The position numbers and the translations under genes were made by a program. DNA of 64,000 nucleotides from Stylophora pistillata (lineage: Eukaryota), in assembly GCF_002571385.2 (NCBI RefSeq), contig NW_019217795.1, positions 899,708 through 963,707 of the forward strand. The letters run 5' to 3'. The notes beneath the pieces are model-generated. The model made no database searches. It was not told the origin of the DNA and was given only the letters and a program-made list of their open reading frames with translations. This document shows, piece by piece, positions 24,554 through 45,400 of the stretch. Position 1 is the first letter of the stretch. Every line of letters starts with the position of its first letter.

Positions 24554-27500
24554 TTTGATTCTGAATAATGTATTTGAATAGTTTTGCGCATCACAGTGTC
24601 GGGGTTTTTACCTAGGTGGTTCAGAAGAAAGGCAGTAAGAAAAGATCTCCAAACAAGTAAACTAATCGCACGGTTTGTCGCTACCATCGTCCTCAGCGAC
24701 CATTCTCTTACAAACATGGCTGCTATTGCATTCATAACACAGGTCGAAAACTCTTGAACGGCGTGATTGCAGGCCATCAACAGTGTATCATTTCAGAAAA
24801 AATATGGAAATGGCTGAAAAGTTCTAAACAACTCTATGGCTATTGCGCGCTTCTAAAAAACCCAGGAAAGCCGAAATGAATTTCTGAGTAATTATGGTTA
24901 GAGAATAATCTTCCAAAAAATAGAATGACGCTTGCGAAAAGGGTTTTACTTCAAGAGGATTGATTGATATTTTTTTTTCATAGAACCTCTTGGGAGTAGC
25001 CTATTTAGAGGTTAGCATTAACCACAATCATCTTTTCGGTTTGATTTTTAAGTGAATTCACTTAAGATTTTCAGTAGTTATCAAGCATTTCTATTTCTCT
25101 GATATTGGCTCAGTTTTCAGCTTTCAAGTGCTCTCAGTGTTTTCAAATTAACTGAGGTTTCTAGCTTATTGATCCACCTCTACAATTTAGATCAGCCCGG
25201 AAAAGCTTTTTTATATTTGATTATCTTCGAACCAGAAAAGCCTTAAAAGTGGTGTGAGTAGTTACAAAAAACTTACAAGTAGGCGTCAGTTTTGATAAGT
25301 GCTGAGACCATAATTCAATTACTTTCTCTAATTCAATTATGTATGAAACTTGATGTGGCCCGACTGATTAATTCAATCCTCCCCCGAGTTGTTTCCAGAG
25401 GATTCCTGGTCGACACTAAAAATGGGCGAACGAAGGGACTAATATTTCAGACGGTTTGCTAAAATTTGAAACATGCCCTTTACCTTAATCGTCTTGTTAG
25501 GCGCGTCAAAGCTCTCCGGTTCGTTACTTTCCAAGTAGATCTAGCAAGAAGAACAAATAAATAGAAGGAATTAAAAATGACTTTTAAATTGTACTATGGA
25601 TGGAGTTTTCCTTTTCCTATCATTAACACTTACGCAGTGAATTATAAAACCGCCCAAAGAATAAGTGTAGAGGTTATTTAATGTTAAAACTACGGTTGCA
25701 GGTGGTAAGTATGCAAATAATCTGGCTTCCGTAAATTTCTATCGGCGCACTAGGTCAAGCTATTTGGGGGGACAATCTAAAGATCAAATCGGCAAATGAT
25801 AAGATGTTTTTCTCGGCAATTAACTTGCGTTTAAGGGAGTCGAATTTCCCATTTGAAATGTATTGTTTTCTTATCGACTTTCCGTCAATAATATCACTAT
25901 GTGAAAATCGTGAACGCCCGGGTATATGAATCCTATAGCATCTGCTAATACCCAGTGCCATGAATACACTTTGCATTCGATTAGGTTTTATGCTAATTTT
26001 TCCACAGATATTGACTGCACAAAGCACAATTTATGATTTGTTGTATTTCTTAAGTACTACTAGTTAATCTCGAATTCCGAAAAATGAAACCAGTTTTATC
26101 AGATCACATTATAATCTAAACCTCTTCATTTATTTGAATAATTTTTTAAAGGGGAAAAAAGACATAATTAACGAATTTGTTTCAGAAATTGATAATTTTC
26201 TTCTTTTAGAGACCGGCTACCGCCATCGGAGTTGATATGTGATTTTATCAAATGACTGTGAGGGCCAATCGCTAATATCTTGGTCTGATAATGTCAATAT
26301 AATTTAAGAACATGTTAATGAAAAAATTTCCCCATCTTCTCAAATTTTTGTTTACTTTCTGACCCATCCAGAACTTTAATTAATTGTTGAACAACAAATT
26401 TTGTAAAAAAGTATACAACAAAATTGCTTTTAACTAAGCTAAACTGCTGTGGCTGTTGCTAGCATACAAACCAGCACGTTTATGTGGTCATAAACAAAGA
26501 AAAAAGGTTTATCCGACAAACTTTAATGTCTTATTGTGGGCACAATTTAACCCTTATAGAGCGTTTTCTCAGCTATTAAAAATCAAAACCCCTCACAACT
26601 GAACCCCACGCCAAAAGTAATTCGAGATAATATCAAAGAATATTGACAATATAACAAACCTGTACAACTGATCCGGCGTGCCAGTTTAAGCTATTCCCCT
26701 TAAGGTCAATCTTTCATTAGAATACTCTCCTCGCACAAGTGTAATCCCTTAAACTTGGATGTCTTCTTTCCTACTGGTAAAGATACAATAAAGTGTCTTA
26801 AAGGCTGTCGCAAAAACTTAATGTCTAAGAAAATAACCCCCGTAGGGGAACCGGCGTATTCCTTGGAGGGCCTCGGGGCTAGCTTGCAATCCCAACACGC
26901 TGGAAATGGATCTTCAAGTAAAGTACTTTTTGTAGCAAAAGGCTAAAATTTAATTTAATCGCGGTTACAACAAAATTGAAGGTCAGAAAAAATGAATTAG
27001 GAAACCAATTAGTAACGGAGTAGAGAATCATTCGAAAGTAAAAGTTGCGGGAAGGAGACGGTGAAATGACACGACCCGGAGAGTATAAAAGAGAGCGCAA
27101 AAGAGAACAAACGAGAAAATTTGAGTGACAAAAATTAAAATCACCGTGAAAGTGGACACTCGCGAAACGTGGAGGAAAATGCTTAAGCAAGAGTAGATAT
27201 TGATAAGAAAAGCAACTTCCGTAGAGGCTGCCACAGCCGGCAACAACGTAATGCTTTTAAAGTAGCACAGGTTTTTTCTAGCTATCTACAACTTATTCTA
27301 TCCTTGGGTAACTCTGAAAGTCTAGGAGCGATATTTAAATATGATGAAATGTTTATAACGAGTAAGTGACTGAGCTTACCAATGTATATCCTAAATATGG
27401 TGATGTTTATCAATGGCACCATGAACTTCTATTCAGAGTTGAGGATTGTTCTATTGTTATGTTATTATATGTTATTAAAGGTCAAGGTTCAAACTTCAAA

Positions 27501-27939
27501 ACAACCTTTTGGCAAAGAGACAATCTTTCGGTTACAACATACTTTAGCGATGAACTTTGAATAAACGACTCTTGAACAAAAGCTTTTTGAAATATTTCTA
27601 AATTTATACTTTCCATCTAATTTTATCTTGTGAAGTTAAAGTTGTAGACACATGTCAAACAAAGGTCGGGGCCATCGGAAATGACAATGTTTATTTGTTC
27701 ATTTTTGCGGGTCGATGTCTATTGCGAGGCAGAACTTCAAAGCCGACATATTTCAACCCACTCGTTTCTTGTCGATAACACTCACTCAAGACAACACAAT
27801 CGCAACAGTTCATCGAAAGAAAATTTACCGTCTTTCCAATGTATTCGTCAACCTTTTTTGGGAAGATTAGGCAATTTATTTGAAGTTTGCTAACAGTTTT
27901 ACACAACTTTCCGTGCCTACATTGCGTGGAGATTGCACG

Positions 27940-28037
27940 GAAATTGCGCGTATCGTGCAACTTCCGGTTCCCGAAATAGATGTATCTGGCCCAGTCTTTT
28001 ACGTTGTTGCTCGAAATTAAACATGGCGGCTCGGTAA
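27940..28037 (+). promoter_or_regulatory. Probable MAPKAPK promoter/5' UTR: ETS-like motifs and a YY1-like AACATGGCGG site overlapping a 4-codon uORF
   Basis: CpG-richer patch; CTTCCGG at 27961; AAACATGGCGGC at ~28019-28030; ATG GCG GCT CGG TAA at 28023-28037. Confidence 0.45.
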
Positions 28038-28144
28038 TATTTCTTGGGCTCAGCGTATTTTACTTCATCTTCCCGCTAGCTAAAGTGATAGTTATAGTTA
28101 TCGTGATTTGTGAATTCTTTTAGTGTTTTTGCAATCAATAAGTC

Positions 28145-35158
<7,014 letters not shown>

Positions 35159-36257
35159 TCTTCAACACGTAAGGATTGTATAGTTCATGTAAAAACTAAC
35201 TATATTTAGAAGGAACGGATGTCTTTTAATGGTCACTTATTTTCCTTTTAAATTGGAGCTAAAAAATTCCCAAACACCAAACTGATGACGTTGAGTAACT
35301 TGCGGTGTAATGTCTGTGATTGGTTGTTGCTAGGCTACTTTTCTTGTTAATAACCAATTAGAGATGACAGAAAACGCAAGCATGCGACGAGAGGTCAGCG
35401 GTTGATTGAGTGTTCTTTTTCAGAGAGATGATGAAGAAAACATTTGAGATATTATTTCGCTGCTTCTGTTATAGCAGTTGCTGTGTTCAACTCAACCACT
35501 AGCTGTAGTTTATGATTACTTTCTAACAAAAACGAACAGAGCAAATTTTAAAAAAAAAAAACACAAGCTTTTTGTCTGTGAAAACTGGTATGAACCAGTG
35601 GTGAATTGTAAAACCTTTGCTTTCACTCTTTATTAATTCACTCGTTTTCTCTCCTTTAGAAAAAATTAAAGTGAAAACACTGTTAATTAGAATGGCCAAC
35701 ATTTATAAATCACATCTCAAGTTGATTAATTTACTTTGCAATCCTGGTCGAGAGTCCCTCCCGTGCATATTTACTACATTGCGAATACATATTTATGTGC
35801 TATTACGTGTTCTAACAATGGCTACACTGCCTCCCTTCTTAAAGCAATAATATTTTCAGCGACCATAGAGGATCAAATCAACATTGTCAGGGGGAAGGAG
35901 GGAAGGAAAATGACGTGCTAAAGACGCATTATTTTCCCGTTCGTTTGTGTCGTGTCTGTAGACTCTTGACCATGATTGTAGTTCAATGTTTTCCTTATTA
36001 CTATTTCTGTGTGAGGTTGTTGAAGGAAACGAATATTTATGTATATTTGGGAAGGGTAGTTTAACTAGTCAAGTATGTCATGTTTTGCTTTCCCGGTATA
36101 TTAATGAAAAACTGGTCCATGCAGGAATTTGTCATGATTCGACAGAATCCAAAATTGATGTTTTGTTGATCACCATGTTTCACGCTTGCACGACATTTGT
36201 GTTAAAAAGTGATGCTTCACATATTGTAATGCCATTTTTTGTCCGTAACTTTTCCTG

Positions 36258-36263
36258 AATAAA
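36258..36263 (+). terminator. Candidate polyadenylation signal of MK2
   Basis: AATAAA ~1.1 kb after the stop, at the end of a U-rich UTR-like stretch. Confidence 0.45.
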
Positions 36264-37100
36264 GTTAAAGGAAAAAATCTGATGCTTCGAAAGAAAATTT
36301 CAGTGAAGCTTAGTTAACATTGCTGGTCATAACGAAGAATTCGAATTCTTTATCTTAGTTTTTGGTGCCCTTTACGCCCTAACACCTGTAGGCTTATTCT
36401 CCTTGTCGTTCTCGACGTATTTCCTAAGGTGCCGACAAGGAGAATTTGTTTAACAATCAAAGGCCAAAGGCTTCTTTGGTTGGCGATCAACTTCTTTATT
36501 CTCGTGACTGTAATGTGTGATATTGTAAGGAGAAGTTTTAACTTGGATGGAAAAGTGTCAAAGTAGTGAATCTCAATAAAATTTTAATGAGAGATATGCT
36601 GTTTGCAGCGGTGCAGTACTGCTTACATTTTTTAAGCAAATATTGGACGAGGTTTGACTTGGTGATATCATGAATTATCAATTATCTATCAAAGCCGAAG
36701 GCTGAGGCAGATGACACAGACACGAGGTTTGATAATTTGTGATATTTTGCGAAAACTGAATTCAATAATTGTTTCATTATATATATTTTTGAACAATTTG
36801 CAAACGAAGACACTCCTCTTTGAGTTTGCAGAATGTTTGAGAACACTACACGGACGAGTGGCTTGGAAACTAGGCAGACTTTGAACTCGATATGATAACC
36901 CAATATCTACTGCCGATATTGGTTGATCTTGCCAACTTCACACGTTGTTTCTCGGTTTAACAAGTGGATTCATGACAACCAAGTGAAAAGACAAATATTT
37001 TAAAATGCAATCTAGACTGCAGTATCTTACCTCCACAGGCACAGTAACAGCCTCTAAAAACCTAAAAGTGGTCTTTCTTAGCCTGGATCATAAAGATCGG

Positions 37101-37308
37101 TTTGGTTTTATCAACTGAGTTGACAATGTAAATTGGCCACTGAAACAAGTTTCTGAAGCTATTGGCTCGGACGAAGGGCTAACGCTCGAAACGTCAACTT
37201 TTGGTTTCTTTTACGATGACCAATTCACATTATCAACTTAGTTAATAAACTAAATTATCTTATAGTAACCTTCACCGACGCAGCACCACATTTTCTTTGG
37301 AAACTTAC
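37101..37308 (+). mobile_element. Older Penelope-like terminal remnant, inverted configuration
   Basis: Degenerate arms around CGGACGAAGGGCTAACGCTCGAAACGTC, followed by CACCGACGCAGCACCAC...TTTCTTTGGAAACT as in the 19.4-kb copy. Confidence 0.7.
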
Positions 37309-38175
37309 CTCTGTAAAACAGGCCTTGCCGTTGTTTTGCAGACCCATACACTAGAGCATCTTCAACTAAGCCACCATACGTTTTGGTTTAACGCTGATTT
37401 TCATAAAGAGTGTCGTGAGGACTTACCCCAGTTAAACCAACCGATGAAATTATTAGGTGCAGTGTTTTTTTAGAGCTGCGCCCTAAATAAGACTGCGTTT
37501 AAATAATCGATCGAACCTTTGTGTTTTAGCTTCGAACACTCAGCTCGATTTCGATTTTTTTATCGCTATTTGGTCGAAGAAAATAGGTAGGATTATAGAT
37601 TGTGGCAGCGCACACGTGCGTGTTTCATGTTCGTAAGCAAAGTAGGGGGAAGGGATTTCAAAATTTGTTTGCGTAAGGTAAATTACGAGAGAAATTTTTC
37701 CCAGCCACCCACCCACGACTCTGTTGCCACGTGTATTAGCAGCTGAGAGTTCGTAAACTCTGTGTTCATTAAGTAGAAATTTTCCGTCAAAAGAGTGATG
37801 TGCGTTGCAGTAGAATGTTTTCACAGAGATGACTCCATACTTGAGCTTCGATATATGTTAACACAGAACACGTTATGTTTTGTTTAAATGTTTATTTTTT
37901 GTGGTCTTTACTTCAGCTAAGTACTTGTATATGTCGGGAAGATTTTAATTAGCTTGGACAGGTAAATGTAAATCTCCCGAGCCAAAGATTCGTCTCGTTT
38001 TCTCTCAGAATGCAATGGTCAAATTACAACGTGGTACGCCATGTATTATGCAAAAGTTACTGTTATTCCAGGCTTTCTTTCAAAACGCTCAGGAGAAAAG
38101 AAAAAATGAGAATTGTAGGTGCTGGTGTTTTAAAAGAGACCCCAATGTAGCTGTTTGCCTTTGCAGTCAGCCTTG

Positions 38176-39231
38176 TTAAAGTTTTGCCTCTACATTGATA
38201 GGCTGTTTTTGTTCAGCATCCATGAAGGGAGTATTCAGGGTTGATTTACGAGATAAGAATACGCTTTTGAACGCGGGAAAATTCCACTTTCCCAGGTTTG
38301 TTAATCTGCACGGGAATCGAGAGCGAAAATCTGTACTTACAGTAAACAATATTATTGGGTTGATGGCATGTTTGGCATAGTATAGAGCCATGAAAAACAG
38401 ATTGATCTTTCCATAAACTGGATGGGTCGTTAACTCGCGCGCGAATTCATAAAGGAGCATCAACACTCCTCTTGGTAGGTAACAAACTTGGAAGATTATC
38501 ATCAGAAGTATTGTCACTCGAATGAGCTTCCGTTTACTGCTCTTTCTTCTAACGCTTCCTCTCGTGGAGCCACTGAAAGAACTCTCCACCCCTTTGCGTC
38601 TTAGACAATGAACCACACGAGAATATGCATATGTCTGTAGAAAGAGTGGCAACACTATGAAAAAGATCACCAAGTAAGACCCGTACATCTGCTGAGTAAT
38701 GTCTGATGGAAACGTTACCAAGCATCGAGGTGTTCCTTGAATTGTATGCAAGTTGCAAAGCAATGCGACTGGTAGGCCTGTGCTTAGGTATGAGACAATC
38801 CAAATGAAAACGGAGGCGATTGTTATCGTTCTCAAGGTTAGTTTGGGTTTAAAAGGTGTTAAAACAGCTCTGTGTCTCTCCCACGCGATCAGAGTGTAAG
38901 TTAGCACCGACACCACGACGAAAACATCTTGAGTTGGTGCAAGAATCTGACAGGCAAGTTCTCCCAGGGGCCATCCGTGGTACACTTCAACTATCCTCAT
39001 TGGTGCTCCTATGAGAACCACACAAAGGTCCGCAGATGCGTTGTTGACGATCAGATAGTTACACGGTGTTCTCATTTCTGGCCAACGGAGCGCGGTGTAA
39101 ATCAACATCAAATTACCGATTAAACCCACACCTATGATAGCGGTGAACAATGGTGGAGCGAGCTCTGCATAGCTGGATCTGATGTCAAATTGAGTTACGT
39201 TTTGTGGCTGCGTGAAATTTTCTCCATACAT
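38176..39231 (-). CDS. Class A 7TM GPCR, neuropeptide-receptor-like, paralog 3; single coding exon
   Basis: 351-aa ORF: GN, MRTPCNYLI, SADL, WPLGELAC, WERH, FQVCYLPR, YAKHAINPIILF. Confidence 0.93.
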   Translation of the reverse strand: MYGENFTQPQNVTQFDIRSSYAELAPPLFTAIIGVGLIGNLMLIYTALRWPEMRTPCNYLIVNNASADLCVVLIGAPMRIVEVYHGWPLGELACQILAPTQDVFVVVSVLTYTLIAWERHRAVLTPFKPKLTLRTITIASVFIWIVSYLSTGLPVALLCNLHTIQGTPRCLVTFPSDITQQMYGSYLVIFFIVLPLFLQTYAYSRVVHCLRRKGVESSFSGSTRGSVRRKSSKRKLIRVTILLMIIFQVCYLPRGVLMLLYEFARELTTHPVYGKINLFFMALYYAKHAINPIILFTVSTDFRSRFPCRLTNLGKWNFPAFKSVFLSRKSTLNTPFMDAEQKQPINVEAKL

Positions 39232-40001
39232 CTTGGTTGTGCGTTGAACTCAACCAGTGACATTTGACGCCAATGTGAACTGGCCTGGCAACAATATGAT
39301 GCGCTGATATAAGTTTTTCATCTAACAACTACGCATTTGTATTAGCAGCTGTGTGTCGCCACCTGCCTATTCAACACAAAGAGAATCATTTGATCAGTGT
39401 AATGCCTGTCAAAATCACAAGAGATGAAATTAAAGAGTCGCATCGCAGTCACTTCGTCAACGGTGACATTTGCATCGGCTTAAAACCGTTCCCTAGATGT
39501 TTGACACATTTTATCAATTAAATTGTGTCTCAGTGGCTGCAAAAAACGTCCAGTTGTGTGTTTTAAAACAATTCGTTTTGTGCAGAGGCACATTTTTCTG
39601 TGTAATAGACTCTGAGTCTTAGTTGAAACTGGGTCTGGAAAAAAAATAAATGTTGCAGTATATTAAATATATATTGCAAATCGTAAGAAATTACCCATGG
39701 TTTAAAGGGCCAGTGCATCATTGAACAAAATGTTCTCCTCCATGTTTGCATTGGATTATTGTTCCGATCAGCAAACATGTTCTCCAAGTTTTGTTCCCAT
39801 GCAGATAGTAGCAAATCGAAGTTATCCTCGCATTCGCCTTTAGCAACTCTGAGAAAAATGTAGCAGAAAATGGAACTCCTTTTTCCAAAATAAGTGAGGA
39901 ATTTGAGTTTAAATACTTTAAACTTCAATGTATTATGCATGTATCTCAGCCGTCAAGTCACGGTCCAACATCCGGATCCTAACCGAAGGTTGTAAAAATG
40001 G

Positions 40002-40144
40002 TTTGGATATATCAACGAAGTTGAAATGGTAAATTGGCCACCGTTACGATTATAAAAGCTGACGTTTCGAGCGTTAGCCCTTCGTCGGAGTGAATCGAGG
40101 AATTGTGGGTTGTGTGTGCTTTTAAAGGCAGAAAATGGAGCTAC
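40002..40144 (-). mobile_element. Penelope-like terminal fragment with hammerhead-like core
   Basis: 13-bp TSD GTTGTAAAAATGG at 39989-40001 and 40145-40157; minus strand CTCCGACGAAGGGCTAACGCTCGAAACGTCAGC at 40058-40090. Confidence 0.8.
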
Positions 40145-42343
40145 GTTGTAAAAATGGGATTGTTCTCTCCCGTTCCTTAGCTTCCTCTCATTTCCACCCA
40201 AAAGAAAGAGTTATTTTGCATTTCTTTGACTTACTTTGGGCTAAGTCAAGATTCTTGTAAATCATCAGACTGCTATCATTTCACCAATTTTCATGATTGG
40301 AAACTAACAAGGCCTTAAATCATACAGTTCCCGTTTATTAATTTATTTGTAATTTTGTAAAAAGAGAAAAAAAAAATTCTCGAAAAAAGATCCCTAAAAT
40401 GATAATTAGAATTCTACACCCTGAATTATTTTTTCTATTTCATGAACTGTGAGCAAACTTGTCAGTCTTAATGTGATTTAGTATGCAAAGAGCTTTTTCA
40501 TTTCTACCGGAAAGGCGGCAAATTTACCTCCGTAGGTTGATAGCAGAAGCATCCGGAGGGTCTGACTGTATGTGGATATATCATTCTATTTCTGTAAATC
40601 CATCCTTTTATTACGCGAAATCAAAAAGGGGAAACGAGATCTATCTGAAAACTACCACATCAAGAGTAAATTCATTATTGTCAAGTTTGGTCGCATCTGC
40701 TAAGAAAACTGAAATAAAAAAAAAAAAAGGTTTGGACGCTAATTACAGAATTCGACAAATGCGTGCACTAAGTGCTTTGTTTCGCGTTTACGAAATTTGG
40801 TCAAATAGAGATGAAAATTTATTGCCCTACAGCCGAGCCAATTGTTCACTGCTTTGTCATCTGTCACATGGTGGAAACAAACAAAGCATTCTTTAATATA
40901 GAAGACATTGTAAATATTTTACAGGGCAAACAATGTTGTCTTTGCACTTTTTGTGACTGACAGGCAAATGAGGTTATCTGCAAACAGACAAACACCCACG
41001 CGTAACAAATGAAAGGTTTTGAAATCGTCTTAAGACGATGAAGTCCAATTTATTTCCTCTTGCATGCACCTTGCTGTTAGAACTTTCTTCTCGAATTGAA
41101 TTAAACATAACTTCCGTCATCAACTTAAAAGAAAACTCAAAAGGGCAAGATCCCAAAAACTCCATAACAAATTAAAAAAAATACAAAACAAAACAAAAAC
41201 AAGACAAAACTGAAATAAAACTAAAATTCCAGATGAGAAAAACATATTACTACGGCTCGTCATTACGGACTGAGTGCTTGCATTAGCGTCCGTGAGCGAT
41301 TTAGCTTCTGTTAAATTTGCCCGTTGATAATTTCAACCCTTGAATTGTAATGATAAAAAAAATAAAATAGAAGAACTTGGCGTTCCCTTAAAAGCGTACG
41401 ACGAGGCTAGTTATCCTGGGATATATATGTACAGAGCATATTTCCTCCGTTCTGTTTCATCTTTCACTATTCATACCAGCGAAAATGCAACATAAAAACA
41501 AATGTTTTTCTTCGTCTTAGAGCCGTTCATTGAAGAAAAAATTCGGAAACGTTTTAACAAAGGGCAAAAGCTATTATTTTTCTAACAATCTTAATGCTGA
41601 TTAAAATTTCGGTTTTACTTACCCTGAGGCCAGAGGCGTTAAAAATTGTCTCACTCAGTCGGGAGAAAAGAGGTTTCTTCAGTATCTAAGACATATTCAC
41701 GAGGTATACAAACTAAAAGCTTTATGGGAAAGTGCATGAGATACAAACTGACAAGTGTTGTTTTGGTGGCTTATGGTTCTTAAGAGCTTTTGAAGTCTCC
41801 AATCAACACAAAGCATATATTGAAGGATGTTCAAGTGCTACTACATAAATATCTCGCAAAATGTGGACGACGGCTCATAGCACCAGCACAGACGACTAAG
41901 ACATCCCACAGCTTAACAGAATTTCATAAGCACGTATATGATAGAAAGAAAATTAAGGGGCTGGTAATGTTTGGCTGGTAATCTTTGGCTAGGGGCGGTA
42001 ACTACTCGATAAAGCGCCAAAATAATCTGTAGGAAAACTGCCAATCTTACCATCGATGATAAACAATCACTTTTGTCATCGACCCGAAAAGGGGAACGTT
42101 CCTTTTCACAAAAGAACATTGCTTATTTCGCATAAAAGTTTGGCGGGAGTTTTGTTTTGCAGATTGGTTCCTTTTTGCGTCTTACAAGAGCAGGTTTTTC
42201 TGGGCCTGGTTCATTATAACTGAAGGTTCACCTGGGAACAAATTAATTTTTTTGTATTATCATGGTTCGAGAAGCAGAACATCGATCGTTAAGCCTTAAT
42301 TAAGTTCCAGAAGTGTTGAACATGTGACTTCTCCCTATATTGA

Positions 42344-42497
42344 CCGAATCGAAATATGGCGTCCAATTTGAATTACCATTGTTTTGGACTTACTAGCCTC
42401 GTCTTGACGTGGAAACACATAAGGATTATCACATCTGCGAGAGGCTAGTAGGTCCAGAACAATGGCAATTCAAATTGGACGCCATATTTCGATTCGG
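42344..42497. mobile_element. Hairpin MITE nested inside an older MITE
   Basis: CCGAATCGAAATATGGCGTCCAATTTGAATT...CTAGCCTC arm mirrored by GAGGCTAG...AATTCAAATTGGACGCCATATTTCGATTCGG. Confidence 0.85.
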
Positions 42498-45400
42498 CAC
42501 ATTATCCAGTAAACAGGTAATGAGAATACTCAATCTTGTCAGTTGAAGCTGTTAACTTGATTTAACACCAAATTCTTGTAGCCAACCAGGAGAGAGCTAA
42601 CATTCAGATCTTGTTGGTTTAGGAGTTACAATCAGCGAAGGACATTTAATTTTCTCACATATTATTCTTATTGTTTTAGTCAAAGTACATTGTACCTGTA
42701 CTTCTCACGCATAAAACCTCCCTCATCTCTTCTACGGATCAAGGATCATTCGCAAAAAATTAGGCCGGAAAATATTTCATGCTCCACTGACGAGATGGGA
42801 TGATTTTCCGTTTCAAAACCGGTTTCTTTTTCCCATCAACGGTAAGGGAATTTACGAGTCGTGGTTAACAAAAAAGTCACGGAAAGTGTGTGTCTTAAAG
42901 GATAAAACGTGTGAAGTATTTGAAAAGGCTCGAGCCGGGTTTTTTTCAGTCTCGCTCACCTTGGCCTGTATCAAAATGTATCAGGTTAGAGAGAGCTTCG
43001 TTGTTTTTATTTCTAAATCTGTAAACCGGGTTAATATTTGCGACAGTTGGCCAGGGGGGGGGACATCATCACCCCAGCTCCCCTCTCTCACTGGACTAGG
43101 ATTGTTGTAAACCCAATATTTCCTCAACTGATTATAAAAATTAATAAACTATCGCTACAACATCCAAAGTATAACAATACCGACGCTAAAAAAGAATAGT
43201 CTAGATCTCTTATCTCAAATACGAGGAAAAAAGGGGGAAACTTAATCAATTTGTTTCACATCGCGCGTTTTTTTCTCGTGATTTAATGGAATCTCGTTCC
43301 TGAGAGTTGATCCCTTCCCTACCGAAAAAAGAGCTTTCTTAACAAGCGATCGCCCATTACAGCGGATTATAAACATGAAACTAAACTGATTGAATATATA
43401 CTTGCATGGGAGTTGTACTTTTTAAAGAAGACGAAAAGAATAAAAGATGCAATTGGACAGCCGTGCTAAGGACCTTTACAGCTATAACGAGCCGTCAGCT
43501 GTCAGCTGTCGCCGTTGCTTTGGAACAAAATGAAACCCAGTGGGACTTAGGCAATGCTAAGATGACTGTAAAACTTCAGTTATCAAAGAAACGAAAAATC
43601 AAAACAGCGGGGGAATATTTTCCGGGTCCATTGTTTTCTCCTCACCTCAGTAGATATCTTTCCATCGTTTAATTTTCTTCCATAGCGTTATCAATCTATG
43701 AATATTTAACTCTTACCTAGAAATAACTGCTATCTCGAGATTTAACCGAGAGAGTTCCTGTCGAAGTAGCAGATTAGATTGCTGATGACCAGTTTGCCAC
43801 TGATATGTATATATTTGAAAAAAGCGGATGATAAGCCTTTTTCGAATAACTTGCTGTTCCAACGAGGAGGTTGCGAATAATGCGCCTAAACGAAACGGAC
43901 AAGTGGTAAAAACGAAAAAACCAGACGGCGTCAAAGAGGCTTGTAGGTGTAAATCAGAACCAATCAATCGGAGTAAATAACAGGGCGGAGCGATTCAATT
44001 TAGCAAATGTAAATCATGCATGTTTCCTGCGTATACACTCCGATTATTAAATTTGCAAAAAATACATTATCATGTTTGCTATAAAGCGAAACTGGTATTG
44101 AAACACTTTTTCATGTTAAGTGACAAGAATAGACTCGAGAAACGCACCGTAGTGCTTTCAAATAATTCTCCGGCAACATTCTACGACAATAACGTTACCT
44201 CAACCAAAATGACACCTCATACTTTTTGTTATCAATGTTACCACAATCCCTGAATTTTGAATTTTGTAGAAGTGTCGATAAACCGGAGTGAAGACGCATT
44301 TGACTCTTCAACATTTCTTTCCCAGGAGTGGCAATATAGGAACTTCAATTCTGCATACGGGAAATATCAATAAACTTTACAACAGATAAGTGATGAAACA
44401 AAACATATATAATCATGCATACTAAACTGATGGATCTTATTGGATTTCGCACGAAATTCTCAAATCTAAAATTACTGAAAAGAAATGCACGGCACACCTT
44501 GCAAAGAATTTCCTTGTGCAGTATTAAGATCTTGGGAAAGCTTTGTCACAATTTTATAGCGTCATAGATACGTTGAAAATACATAAAAGTTCTTGAAAAA
44601 ACAGTTTGCTGGAATAAACAAACTTAGCAGGGTGAGAGTAAACTAAACAAAAAGGACTGTTGAGGATACAAACGATTGAAATGGACAGCAATGGCATACT
44701 TTAGCAACTGATAAATTTCTCAAGATGAAATTGTCCTGTTGAAGTCGCGAAAGAAAATTTCACATGATCTCATTTCTAGGAGTCTAGCGTCGAAAAGTTC
44801 TTTTGACAGTGGTGGCAAAACACTTTTCACACAGTGGAGGCGCCCAGGTGTCTCGTAAACCTGGTGGGGAAGCCTCGATTTGCATACATCTACCAAAAAA
44901 AAAACTTTTTCACGTTTTAAAATCATTATTGAAAACGTACTTGTCCTCATAAATTCTAAATCTAAATCCGTATTTTTCCTTTTAAAAATGCTTTAGATGT
45001 TCTAATTTGTTTTAGTAATTTCTTTTTTCGTTTCCCACGAAAGCGATAAATAAATAAAAAATGTTCTATTTTTTGTTTTTTCCCGTTTTTCATTTAATTA
45101 ACACTTTACAAACACAAACTCGTCAATCGTGAAAGGAATCTAGAGTGTTCCAGACCGGAAACGTGTTAGTCTCCTGTTTATCAGGAGACGCAGCTTAAAT
45201 GCTGAATCTGTGGCAGGTATCAATCACCTGAATTATCCTCAATTTCCCCCCGTTGAAGTCCTAAATTTAATAACATTTGATCCTAAACGTAATAAGCCTC
45301 CATTGCAATAGTTGAACTGTGCTTGTGTATCCACGTTGAGATGTTAAAGTGACAACTGTTGCACCAGAGAATCCTCTGACCAAAATTCATAGCGTATTGT

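Noticed and set aside
35159-36263. SECIS element explaining the MK2 TGA as selenocysteine
   Set aside because: The homologous residue is Arg, not Cys, and the ATGA...AA...GA candidates near 35285 and 35364 do not form a convincing helix by eye; SECISearch would settle it
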